The position numbers and the translations under genes are program-made. The notes beneath the pieces were generated by a model that did no database searches, had not been told where the DNA came from, and was given only the letters and a program-made list of their open reading frames with translations. This document shows, one piece after another, positions 1 to 11,392 of a DNA stretch of 64,000 bases; the first letter of the stretch is position 1; each line of letters opens with the position of its first letter. The stretch is from Haliotis cracherodii (lineage: Eukaryota): contig NW_027266264.1 in NCBI RefSeq assembly GCF_022045235.1, forward strand, positions 64,294,001-64,358,000. Direction: 5' to 3'.

Positions 1-251
1 GGTTTCTGCATGTGTTATTGGTGGGTGCCACCGTTGGAAACAGCATAGTTAACTTTTTCGCGAACATTACTATTTGATAGTGATTCTTATGATATACGCG
101 AAATCGTACAATGGACGTAGTATGCTTTTATATGAGATTTCTTATGATCATGTAATTGTATTTGCCGCTTTTATTTTAATGGACATATTGCTATATTACA
201 ACTAGACAAATGTAGATAATTGATAAAACCAAGTTAAATATTTCTTGTTTT

Positions 252-523
252 TTGTTTGTTTGTTTGTTTGTTGTTTAACGCTAGACTCAGCAATATTCCA
301 GCTTTATGGCGGCGGTATGTAAATTATCGATTCTGGACCAGACATTCTAGTGATTGCCATCATGAACATCGATCCACGCACTTGGGATACGATGACATAC
401 ATCAACCAAGTCAGCGAGTCTGGCAAACCGATCCCGTTAGTCGCCTCTTATGACAAGCATAATCGCTTTTTACCGAAAGCAGTGGTTGCTAAAGACATAT
501 TCTACCCAAGATCCTCACGGGTC
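252..523 (-). mobile_element. SINE family B (TGCTTGTCGTAAGAGGCGACTAA core, Meta/MESC-like; AAAC tail)
   Basis: Homologous to copies at 8055, 29300, 32885 and 48318; (TTTG)n tail on the plus strand. Confidence 0.8.
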
Positions 524-617
524 TGAATGTTTCTAATATAATGTAGATATATCCTTTTGTTATGTCGTATTGAGGAATTGCTTTTCCCGAGACAGAGGAT
601 AATCTTGATGTAGATTG

Positions 618-890
618 CCCCCTAATATGATATGTAATATATATGTTGGTTAACTGCTACAGTATCATTTCACAGTTCGTGTCATACACGATGACCCTCT
701 CAGTTGCGCCCTAATATGATATATAATGTATATCATGGATAAATATCACAGTATCATATCAAAGCTCGCGTGATACATAATGGCTCTCAATTACGCCCTA
801 ATATTATGTAAAATAAATTATATAAAATACATGGTTAAATGCAACAGTATAATATTGTTCGTGTAATACATAATGACACTCTAACTAACG
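618..890. repeat. ~89-bp tandem repeat, 3 copies
   Basis: Unit CCCTAATATGATAT...CAGTATCAT...CGTGT.ATAC..ATG..CTCTCA.TT.CG starts near 618, 709 and 796. Confidence 0.8.
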
Positions 891-1940
891 CACGTTACAA
901 CGCTCCAAACGTTTGAAATAAAGATCTTTTTATCCGATATAGAGATCATGTATTTTTTGTTACCTCAAACGTCTTTTCATCAATAGTATTGAAAGAATCT
1001 GCGATTAAGCTTCAGAAGAACGAATCATTCATCGTATCAACGTCCAGATGCTTTTGTCCACAAAACAATGAGAAGACTGATAATTATACTGACTCTACCG
1101 TTAAACAGTCATCAAACAAAATACCGTGTTTTGTTGACCCGTTTTATGTTTCCATATTATGTGATTTTTTTTATGAACTGATCAATGTTACCCGTTGGTT
1201 AATGAGTACTTTCAAGAAGCAACATCGTTGAAAACAAACGACAATGCAGCTGGCTTTTCGCATCCTTGACCTAGCGGCAGCGACAACCTAAAACAAAACA
1301 GACTGCTGTGATTAGGAGCTACAGATCTGCATATACTTTATGACATTGCCATCATACAACCACCTTGTTATTTCGCTATAAAGAAGATGATGTGCTTAGA
1401 AGCTTCCACTGTGATCAACGCTGTGGGATCCCCGTCAGCACGGCGGTGTTATGGCAGATGGCTGGCTGGTCACGTTGTTGCAGTTATCGTAATTTGGCTC
1501 TCATCGCGATGTTACGTACGGCTGTACTCCTCACAACATCATCCTTTGAAATATGACGAACACTTTTTATCTAGTCTTGAATCTTGACATATCAGAGTCG
1601 TAAAAGGTAGCATTCAACATCAAAATTAACGTCGAACACTAGATGCCAAAGGAGTAAGCACCTGCATGTTTTTTTTTATCACAAGACACATGGAAGGAAC
1701 AGTTATAAAACAAGACATTCATGAACTATTGTATGTTCATTGTGTGCTATTGTGAACCACGTGAAGACACCAGGATATAATCACATAGTATGATACTGCG
1801 AAAATACTGAAGTGAACAATAACAAAATATTTGCTATTTCCAATGCAGACTTAGAAAATGAAATTAAATATTCGTTTGGATGGATAGTGATGTAGTGTAA
1901 AATGATGTTTAACTTTGCTTCCGAGATTTTTGCACTTACA

Positions 1941-2082
1941 NNNNNNNNNNNNNNNNNNNNNNNNNNNNNNNNNNNNNNNNNNNNNNNNNNNNNNNNNNNN
2001 NNNNNNNNNNNNNNNNNNNNNNNNNNNNNNNNNNNNNNNNNNNNNNNNNNNNNNNNNNNNNNNNNNNNNNNNNNNNNNNNNN
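1941..2082. other. Assembly gap (142 N)
   Basis: Run of N. Confidence 1.
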
Positions 2083-2573
2083 GTGTTTCAGAGACGGAAC
2101 TGGACTGTTTCTAGAATGTTTTTGGTACTACATTACGACAGACATTTTTTCTCTGAAACGAGAAGACATTTTTATCTTAATCCTCCACAACGAACATTTA
2201 GGACATTGAATTTTTCAGTCAACAATTATCTTTTTTCGGTATAACCTGAAGCAAAATGTTTTTCACTTAGTTTTTTAAAGTATTCTTTTGTTTAGAGTAA
2301 GTGCACCACACTGCACATGCTAGTTCGTGAAACTACTACTTCTGCTTCTGCTACAAATGTTACTCTTACACCATTTACTGCTATTGCTACATGTATTATA
2401 GAAACTTGGGGAACGGAAAAGGGTGACAATTAACAACCTTGTGACATAGCTTAGCAAGTCGACTATCAACTCAAAACGGCAAGTTTACTAAAGACCATGA
2501 AAGAAGGCCCCATACAGACTGGTTGTTTTGAAGATTGTGTAAATTATGTTACAGTTGACTCCTCCTAACACAG

Positions 2574-2690
2574 GGCGCCTCCGTGGTCTAGTGGGTAGAG
2601 AGTAGGATATAGGGATTCGATCCCCGGCCGCGTCATACCAAAAGACAATAAACATTATACTTCAGCTAACCCAGCGCCATACATGCTTGT
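2574..2690 (+). mobile_element. tRNA-headed SINE fragment (family D)
   Basis: GCCTCCGTGGTCTAGTGG A-box, GATTCGATCCCCGG B-box, then GTCATACCAAAAGAC. Same head on the minus strand near 27710-27731. Confidence 0.55.
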
Positions 2691-2929
2691 TGTTGAATTC
2701 AGCGTAAAACCATTTGATATGGGTAACCCGCTGCTAAATAAATTTGATGTCTGCGCAAGACCAATAGATATTCTTGACAAAAGTAGGGGACACACGGAAA
2801 TAACTTACAATGACACCTTACAGCCGGTAGTGAAATATGACAGTGGATTTTAATACCGCCAACGATCCTGAAGGACGATAGGCTTAAGATTTGAAATTTG
2901 AAAGTTGACGTTTTTTGGATCAGTCGTGC

Positions 2930-3790
2930 GAAATACCGCCACGATTCATTCATTCACTCGACGAGGCATACTGCGTATGAATCTCCCAATGGCAATTTCA
3001 GGGAGTCTGTCCCACTTCTCTTGCACCAACGTATGTGGTTGGCGGCACATGACGTTGATGCACACATTTCGCTGTCATGTCCCGGGCGTGTTCAATGTGG
3101 GAAAGGTCAGGATTCATTGTTGGCTATGGTATCCTATGGATGTTGTGGTGCTGGAGGTGAACATTGACGATTCGTGCACGGTGAACGCGGGCTTTGTCGT
3201 TCTGAAACACACATCGTCGACCCACACGCCTTCCAAACGGGACAACAAAGGATGTCAGTATGTTGTCCCGATAGAATTGTCCAATGGCCCTTCCTTGCAC
3301 AATATGGAGTGGGGTTACGTCAGTCATAGGGATCCAACCCCACACCATGATAGATCCAAATCTGTTAGGTTGACATTGGCTTGATGTTCATTTCGACGTC
3401 GCCAGACACGACCAAACCTATCAATGAAGTGCCAAGTGAATCGGGACTCATCTGAAATCATGACACGTGACCAGCGACGATCACCCCAGTTTTGACGTTG
3501 ACGTCTGATGGCAATATGACGATTTGTAAGGGCGGCACACCACGTGACCGTTGAGCATGGAGATGACCTGCATGATCAAAGTTTGCAGCAATTTGATTCG
3601 CCGTGAAGCCTTCTTTCAGATTAATCGTTCCTGTACTCTTGACATTGACCCGGGAAACCCTGAACGGAGTCGATCTTCAACATTTTGGGTTTGTTGATAC
3701 CTCTTCCATAGTCCACAGACTGTGTAACATTTAACATATTTGCCACTGCACGTTTACAGCATACCAATAGCCCGTAGACGCCCCGCGCGT
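2930..3790 (-). mobile_element. Decayed Tc1-family (DD34E) transposase
   Basis: Minus-strand WSRVMISDESRF, MVWGWI, VFQNDKARVHRA and PDLSHIEH motifs interrupted by stops and frameshifts. Confidence 0.85.
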
Positions 3791-4659
3791 TGCAGACGCC
3801 GCATCGCTAGTTCATACACAAACAATGAATGAGATCAAGTAAATCACAACTGTATCATAAGCATAAACAACAATAAAATTAACACAAATAATGGCCCACA
3901 GAGATTTATCAACCTTCTTTGACAGTGTGAAAATCAGGTATGACACCCTTCGCACGTGTGTGGCCCTTTCAAGGTACGTTCAAACTGCAGGATTTATGGG
4001 TGTAAAGTTCTACGTACAACGTTCTTGCATAGGATGTTTGTCCTCAACACTTCTGATACTTGGTATTAACATTTATATTTCATGATCCCCCTTTTTTGAA
4101 TAGTCGACAATGTAGACGGCTCATTTACATGTATGTAACTGTGCCAGTGCTGAAGTAGTTCCAAGACCATCATGCAATCATGTTAACACGGCAATCTACA
4201 TCGACATAAGTATCGGAGCAAGACGAACCGCTATTCCTGTACAGGTGAAATTTACTATTCGATCAATTCTAGTATAGCAAGCATCAGCTGATGGCGGATG
4301 AACCTTCGCAAAACGGGGATGCCAATATATCACTGTTCTAAGCAGCAGATTGATGATGTAAAGTAGAAAACATAAAAGTGTCTAGCGTAATCCAACACGT
4401 GTCTTCAGGTGACAGAAATACATTAACAGAGTATATGCCTGTAGTTTCCCTAATGCACCTAGCGGTAAGAAGAAAGTGGCAAGAAAGAAATATTGACATA
4501 GACTACTTCAGTTAAAAAACATAAAATATCTAGTGTATCCTGTATCCCATTTCACATGTCTTTGGTCAATTTGGACATTTTGACGGAATTCAAATGCTGT
4601 GATGTGAGCGTGTCAAGATGCGAATTTACAAATCCGTAATAATTCCGAGGCTTTGCGTA

Positions 4660-5262
4660 TCAGGTGTATCGACGCCCGAACAATGAGGTCCAAGTTTATG
4701 TATTTTGAGGTTAAGAGTTTAGTGGTGTTGTGGAGGTTCGAGCTAAGGAGGGTCAAGTGTATCAATTCTGATAGCGAGGCTTCTTTGGTGTCCAGGTCCG
4801 GACAATGGAGGTTCCAGCTCTAGGCTAAGGATTCTCGGGTGCCGAGGTCCGGACTAGTGAGGTTCAAACATAAGCAGCTAGATGGAGACTTTTCTTTGGT
4901 GTCGAGATCCGGACAAGGGAGGTTCTGTTTTAAGTAGCTGGAGGTTGAGGTTTCTGGGGTGTGGAGGCCCGCGGTATGGAGGCTCAAGCTTAATCAGCTC
5001 GAGGCTGATGCTTCATGGGTGTCGATTCTGGACTGGACTGGTTTAAGTGTAATCAGCTGGAGGCTGACGTTTGCGGGGTGTCGAGGTCTGGATTAGGGGG
5101 TTTCAGTGTAATCAGCTCGAGGCAGGTGTTTGAGGCGTTTCCTAGTCTGGACTAGGGAGGTTCTAGTGTAATCAGCTGGAGGATGACGTTTGCGGGATGT
5201 CGAGGTCTGGACTAGAGAGGTCCCAGTGTAATCAGATGGAGGCTGAGGTTTCTTGTGTGTCG
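4660..5262. repeat. Degenerate ~60-bp minisatellite, ~10 copies
   Basis: Unit GGTGTCGAGGTCTGGACTAGGGAGGTT..AGTGTAATCAGCTGGAGGCTGA.GTTT recurs every ~60 bp. Confidence 0.85.
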
Positions 5263-5404
5263 AGTGAGTGATTGAGTAGCAATACTCCAGTAATATCACG
5301 TCGTGGGACACCAAAAATGGGCTTCACACATTGTACCCCTGTGGGGAATCGAACCCGAGTTTTCGCGTGAGCGAACGTTGCAACCACTAGCCTACGCCGC
5401 CACC
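5262..5404 (-). mobile_element. SINE family A (tRNA head, ACTC tail)
   Basis: GGAATCGAACCC (reverse B-box), GGGCTTCACACATTGTACCC core, GAGT tail. Confidence 0.85.
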
Positions 5405-5466
5405 TCTTCTTTGATCTCAAATCTGGACGAGGGGGGTTCCTGTGTTATGAAACATTTTGGGCGTTT

Positions 5467-5632
5467 TGGTAGCCAAGTGGTAAATGTGTTCGCTCGTCAC
5501 ACCGAAATCTCGCCTTCATTTCCCTACACATGTACACTAGTGCAATGTGGGACAATGTGGGACACCATTCTTGGTGTCTCTCAGCTTGTTGTGGCTGGAA
5601 TAACGGTAAAAGTAGTCATCTCACTCACTCAT
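5467..5632 (+). mobile_element. SINE family A, diverged, head-to-head with the previous copy
   Basis: TAGCCAAGTGGTAAATGTGTTCGCTCGTCAC head, TGGTGTC core, CTCACTCACTC tail. Confidence 0.7.
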
Positions 5633-5942
5633 TGAATATGATTTAAGATAAAATAATATGATTATGAAAAAATACATTATGATACATAACAATTGCTGCA
5701 AAACCAATGCATAATATAATTTTTAAAATGAATCCTCTAGTGATCAAGCAGTTTGAAGCCATGTAAACTGTGAACAAACAACGTTGAACATAATTTCTCT
5801 CAGGATGCATAAACTACCCAAATGATGTAAAGCTATTGATATAGTCAAATACATAGAAAAACAGTGATATTCGACTAAACCTTGTAAGACCATAGAAAAA
5901 GAGCAGTTATAACTACAAAACACTCTGATTCCACCTGTACCA

Positions 5943-6226
5943 GGGGGAACGGGTAGCCCAGTCGTCTAAGGCGCCGCGTTATTCTCTGTGCAGAGTTGTG
6001 TCCCTTGGGCGCGCCAGAAACCTATGAATTGTGGGTTCGAATCCCGGTTCGCCCCGATTATGTTTCGAAGTTTGTCAGCGTCATACCCGTGCTCGTGGGT
6101 TTGACCAAAGTGGTAAACGTCTGAGACCTGCATCACTTCGAGCTTTCCTCCCACATTAAACTGACACGCCGTGATATAACTGGAATACTGTTAAAAGCGG
6201 CGTTAAACCCAACTCACTCACTCACT
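5943..6226 (+). mobile_element. SINE family C (tRNA-Leu-like head, shared tail), near full length
   Basis: TAGCCCAGTCGTCTAAGGCGCC and GTGGGTTCGAATCCC boxes; tail GCTGGAATA-like...AAAAGCGGCGTTAAAC(ACTC)n; imperfect TSD TCCACCTGTACCA / TCCAAATGTACCA. Confidence 0.8.
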
Positions 6227-8054
6227 CCAAATGTACCAAGTGTTTAATTACTGAGATATGATTAGAAATCGCGGATGTTCAGCGTTTTGGGGATGCAAAT
6301 CAATATGAAAGCAACGACACACATCCAGATTATACCAGCCGAATAACGACTGGGTTTCAGACACGGTTTTGACACAGAGGCGGTTAGGGCTTGGCAGTGA
6401 ATCAAAGATAATGGGTGCGAGTGAGTAAGTTTGGACAGAGTCCATACTTTCTCTGTGAGGTTTTTTCAATGCAATAGACAGCTCCCCTTCGCTTGAGTAA
6501 CCTAACATGCCATTAAATATTCTAGGTTCCCGTTGCGTTGCCTTGTCCTACATTCGTGGTAATCAATTCGCTGATGTATGAGGACGGCTAATCGCAGGAC
6601 GCTCTCTTGTTTTGTAAAGTTATCGAGAACTATTCACATAACAGCGATGGTAAAGGAAAAAAAAAATAGGATACAAGTTTCATTTCCAGTTAAAGTAATT
6701 TTACTTTAAGTTACATATGCATGTATATCAAACATGCAGGATATATAAACGGCCGGGCAAAAGAAAGATGTTTGATGGTGGCTAGAAATGAAACAAACAA
6801 GAACTTGTTATTCGATGGTGCTTTACACCACAGGTTTGCGATTTTCCACTGTTTACAGGCTGGTAACGTTTTGACAACGCTTTGATTGATTTATTTTTTG
6901 GTCAAATCCAATTTTCAAGTGTGTGTGTTTTATTTGCCCGGCAGTTTTGCATAAATGTATGGGATGGTGACTTAATCATCATCTCAGGGAGTAATACCGA
7001 CATCTAAGTTATAAAACTTTAAAATTTGTAAATCTGGAAACACATCTTATATACTGAACCAAAAATGTTAGGCATTATGAATGCTTTTGGGGATATTTCT
7101 ATGAAATTGTGTGCTCAGTCTTCACTACAAAAACATCCACTAAAATAGCCATGATCCCAAACTGTTTTTTCACATCTATCATCCATGTTTATTTGATGCT
7201 ACTAATAAAGCCACCGGCGATAGCATCACTATTTGAAACATAAGGCGATAAAACTCAAAATAGCAGTCAAATATGACCCCGCTTGCACTTAATGGTTTAA
7301 TATGATTAAACCATGAAATTGAACCTCAAAGCGATCAACAAACGTCGAAAAGTGGACATCAATATCGCAAAAAGTACTCGAAAGTTCCATCATGACATTC
7401 GACAACCTCATCAGTGACATCCGTCGAAGCCAAATTTCAGCAAACACGTTGTATTTGGTATCTACTTTGGTAATAAAATTACATTTACTTACGAAAGCAT
7501 GTAATGCAAGCTTTTGTGTGCAGGGCAAGCCCCCTAACCCCCCTTTTATTTTAGCTAGGCGACAAAGATGGCGTCTGAAAAACTTACCAAAATGGCGGAA
7601 GGTGTCCAGTATGCTACTTTCTTCACAATATAGTATAACGAGTTTAATTCAATCCCAACTACATGCGCATATAAGTGTTCATAAAGGGCTTCCGTCGACT
7701 TCCGAACCTCATTTAGGGACCCATAAGTATCTTCAGAGATAGTGTTTTTCAACACATGCAATATATTTACCGACTTGGAGTAGCAGGGACTATACTCCAA
7801 AATTCTTTCTGTTTTTGACGGACACCTTTTCGAACAGGATACACACAAACACATAATATAGAGTCCGCAACATCAAATTATGGTCTCAATAACATCTCAA
7901 GCTTTTATACATATTAATCTAAAAACTCAATGTCGAGAGAACAGTGTACTCGTATATAGTGAAACATTGGTAGCCAGAAGCCATTTAGTCATGAAGCACC
8001 TCTTTCCGAACATATGTATAAAAGGGTGTTACTCTAATCAACGATTCATTAATC

Positions 8055-8290
8055 CGACCGTGTCGGCATTCCGGCTTAGAATAAGACCCAGGTGATTATG
8101 CTTGTCGTATGAGGTGATTAAAAGGATCACGCGATCTGTCGAGGCGACCTGGTCGACTGCGTCTCGTACCTTGACGTTACGCATAATATCAATCACAGGT
8201 TTGTCTGGTACAGACTTGATAATTTGCAAGCTGCTTTTGCTTAATACTACTATCAGGTATTGCTTAATATTGCGTTACAAACAAACAGAC
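8055..8290 (+). mobile_element. SINE family B, diverged
   Basis: TTAGAATA..., ATGCTTGTCGTATGAGGTGATTAA, ATCAATCACAGGTTTGTCTGGTACAGAC, AAAC tail. Confidence 0.7.
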
Positions 8291-9189
8291 GTTTATACAG
8301 AAGTAGGTTTATCTGGAAGATTTCTCTGGGAAAACCTACTGTCGGGAATAAAGGGGTTTCACTTTGTAGTGAAGATGGGGACGTCAGAATACCTCCAAGA
8401 AGGAATCGTAAAGGTTCGTTCCGCACTCGATGAAAATGGTACGTCACTTGCACAACTTAGGTTTTTAAATATACACATTTGCAAATTTAAATGTGTTACA
8501 AGGCTGAGTGGATCATCTCATCGATTAGAAACTGAAGTAGGGGGTAATAAGAATATGAGGGAAGAGCATGTATGTAAAAAAGATATACATGAAGTGGGAA
8601 ATAAGTACTATTTGATGTTAATTAGTCCTCGGATGTCAATATACAGCAGTGCAATCAATAAAAAATACTGGGGAAAATCAAATTTGCATCCAGTTCTAAT
8701 ATAGTGCACATAATCTGTCCATGCATGTATACTATTGTTTGACTTAACATTCGAAATATCCATTCTCGTTTCACTCTTGTCCAAATATCAATAAATGATT
8801 CTTGCAATAAATATTTCAATCATCAACTCGTCCTATAACTACCCACACCATTGGTGTCAAATGCGGTTTCATTAACATGGCATTACAGCTAAAATGGATA
8901 GAATTATCATTAAACCGCCCGCATGTTATCAGAAATGAGCAGGCCACTGTAACTTGATGATGCCCTCATATTGCTTGACGACGGGCCATTATCACGCCCG
9001 TTGTTAGGTGACACCTTAGGGATAGGGAAAGGTGACGTCACGTTCAATAGTGACGTCATCTGGTTTGTTCTATGACGTTTCCATATTTGTAAAAGTTTGC
9101 CAATGGTATTCTTTTTGATTGCAGTAAATGTTTCAAAACCGGTATTGTTCTTTATTTCTATTTGATATCAAATTTTATCCATTTTAGCT

Positions 9190-9308
9190 ATAATAACGGT
9201 AACGCTATTTTTCAGGGCATTATTATTTCCTTGGACGGGCAGTTAATGGGAGACCTCGGGCTTCTGCAAATGATAATGCCCTGAATAAAAGCGTTACCCT
9301 TATATTAT
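9190..9308. repeat. Inverted repeat with ~38-bp arms, probably part of a non-autonomous DNA element
   Basis: TAACGGTAACGCTATTTTTCAGGGCATTATTATTT pairs with AAATGATAATGCCCTGAATAAAAGCGTTACCCTTA. Confidence 0.75.
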
Positions 9309-9309
9309 G

Positions 9310-9515
9310 AGTTGTTGCTAAGGCCATTCAGCTGTAATCGCTCTGAATCTCGACAGCCTGTAAAAGATCGAGCTCGGCCCGAATGAACCAGAAGTTAACA
9401 TCATGAGCATGATCAAAACCTTCCAACGTCGGGTACTAAAACACAAGTCAGTCAGGAAGCCTGACAACTTGATCCAAACTCTCGTAGGCTCCTGAAGTAG
9501 TATGACCCGGAAAAC
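9310..9515 (-). mobile_element. SINE family B, highly diverged
   Basis: ACATCATGAGCAT and CAAGTCAG..AGCCTGAC blocks match the reverse of family B. Confidence 0.45.
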
Positions 9516-9527
9516 CTACACACACGT

Positions 9528-9742
9528 TAGTGAGTTGGCTTAACGCCACAGCGTGTGAGCTTGATGTGGGAGGAAATCCCAAAATGATGCAGGTCCTAGA
9601 CGTTTACAACTTTTAGGGTATGGTGCTGACAAACCTAGAAACTCAAGCATGGATTCGAACCACAGGTTTCAGGCACGCCCAAGGGACGCAACACTTCACA
9701 GCGATTTGCGTCGCCTTAGACTTCTGGGGTATCCTCGACCCC
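9528..9742 (-). mobile_element. SINE family C, diverged
   Basis: Reverse homology to 5943-6226 (TGTGGGAGGAAA, TGATGCAGGTC, GGATTCGAACC, CCCAAGGGAC, GCCTTAGAC). Confidence 0.7.
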
Positions 9743-10079
9743 TATACTATGAAATATCTCCACGGTGTATGTGTTTCAAAGGAAGAGCAATGTATGTGCG
9801 TTTATCTTATTGAATTTGACTCAGCTGTGTAATAGGGTGAAAACCTTTTTTTTTAAATTCAACGTCCCCCGTTTTTGTAATTCTCTTTAGTTGCTGATTC
9901 ATCTAAAATGATTGATTTGTTCATTCATGTTGTATCCTGCTACATTTCACTTGTAAGATATCACATAAACATTAAAAGGATTATATTTTTTTCTTTTCCT
10001 TGCAAGAAAATGCACTTCCCTAAGAGTTTGGATGGGATTTGATAGTTTCTTCACTTTTTACCACTAAATCCACACATGA

Positions 10080-10620
10080 GCCTGGCTAGAACACTTGTCA
10101 ATAAAGTGTATTTCCATGCTATTTGAAATGCCTACACTAGGTTATTGATAGCATTCAATGACTCGTTCTCGAATATAACAAGGTTTACTCCCTGCCTGCT
10201 CTTGGAGTCGGGATGTGCAACATAGAGAGACAATAGTACCCTTTTTGTCAATACTGTAATTGGTTGCATTCATTCTCCAGGCGGAGACCTGGCGCGGCAA
10301 CCTCTAATCACAACATTATCCACTGTCGTAAATGCCTTTATAAGTAGTCAAAAACTCCTGAAAATGTACGCAGTATTAGAAATGTCCTTTAAGATTTATT
10401 TGGAACGTGAAGATGGTTTTGTTGCACGAAATCTCGTGTCGCCAACCATCCCAATAGCCAATGTGATGCCTCTGTAAATCTTATCCCGCCCAAAGGGGAA
10501 ATGCGATCAATACCCATTTAACTTTCGAAGGACTTGAAAAAGGCATCTTTCTTTTCTATATAGGATGGACATTTCGACTTCCTTCCTCAATAAATCTCTG
10601 AGGTTTTCGATATTGGCAGA
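10080..10620 (-). mobile_element. Very decayed LINE RT remnant
   Basis: Minus-strand YRGITL near 10460-10478, followed in the expected order by traces of KAFD.V and RQG motifs. Confidence 0.4.
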
Positions 10621-11392
10621 ATGTGGTTCCACAGTGCGTGCAGGCCTTTGTGATCTATAAAATAAGTTTAAGGTTCTTCGAATATCATAAATTTACGAGG
10701 ATTTTGTAATGGGGAGTCTCATTACAGATCTTGACGTGATAACTAGCAACTGTAGACAATTGCGGAGTAGATACATATAAACTTAATTTATGACTGAAGG
10801 AATAAGAAAGGTCGACGAAGGGTACTCGTGATAAAGAAGTCAGCGCTATGATAAAAAGCTCTGTTCTTATGTATCAGTTGAAAAATCATTTATTTTCTTC
10901 CCCGTTGAGTTTTGTGCAGCGTGAAGTAAATTTCCACTTTTGTGTCTTAAATTAAATGAGAGTCACGTCCACAGTTAAGTCGGTATAGGACTGACGGTGA
11001 TTCAAACGCGACCAATTACGATAAACTGCCTCATTGACTCAAGTTCATTCCCACAATAACTGGTTACCCGAAATAAAAAGAAGTAAGGTCCTAATTTACA
11101 CAGCGTATTAAATAGTGTCTAGACCGGCACTTGACAGAAGTACAATGGGTACGAATTTCACGTATCCGTCAGTGTTATCTTCTGATGACTCCGACTCTAT
11201 AATGCATATCTGTCGGGATAAAATTTTGATAACGAACCAACTAAAACTTCAAACATTCTAGGGGTTAGCACATTTGCATCAAATTGCATTCTGCTCTTTA
11301 CTAGTATTCCCTTGATAACTTGTTCGATCGCGACCTACATTCTTTTATATCCATTGCTATCTAAACACAAATACTTGTACCAAGGATATAGT

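Noticed and set aside
2905-3384. 159-aa plus-strand ORF
   Set aside because: Antisense shadow of the decayed Tc1 transposase.
8102-8704. 200-aa ORF
   Set aside because: Starts at a non-ATG codon inside a SINE-B copy; no recognisable domain.
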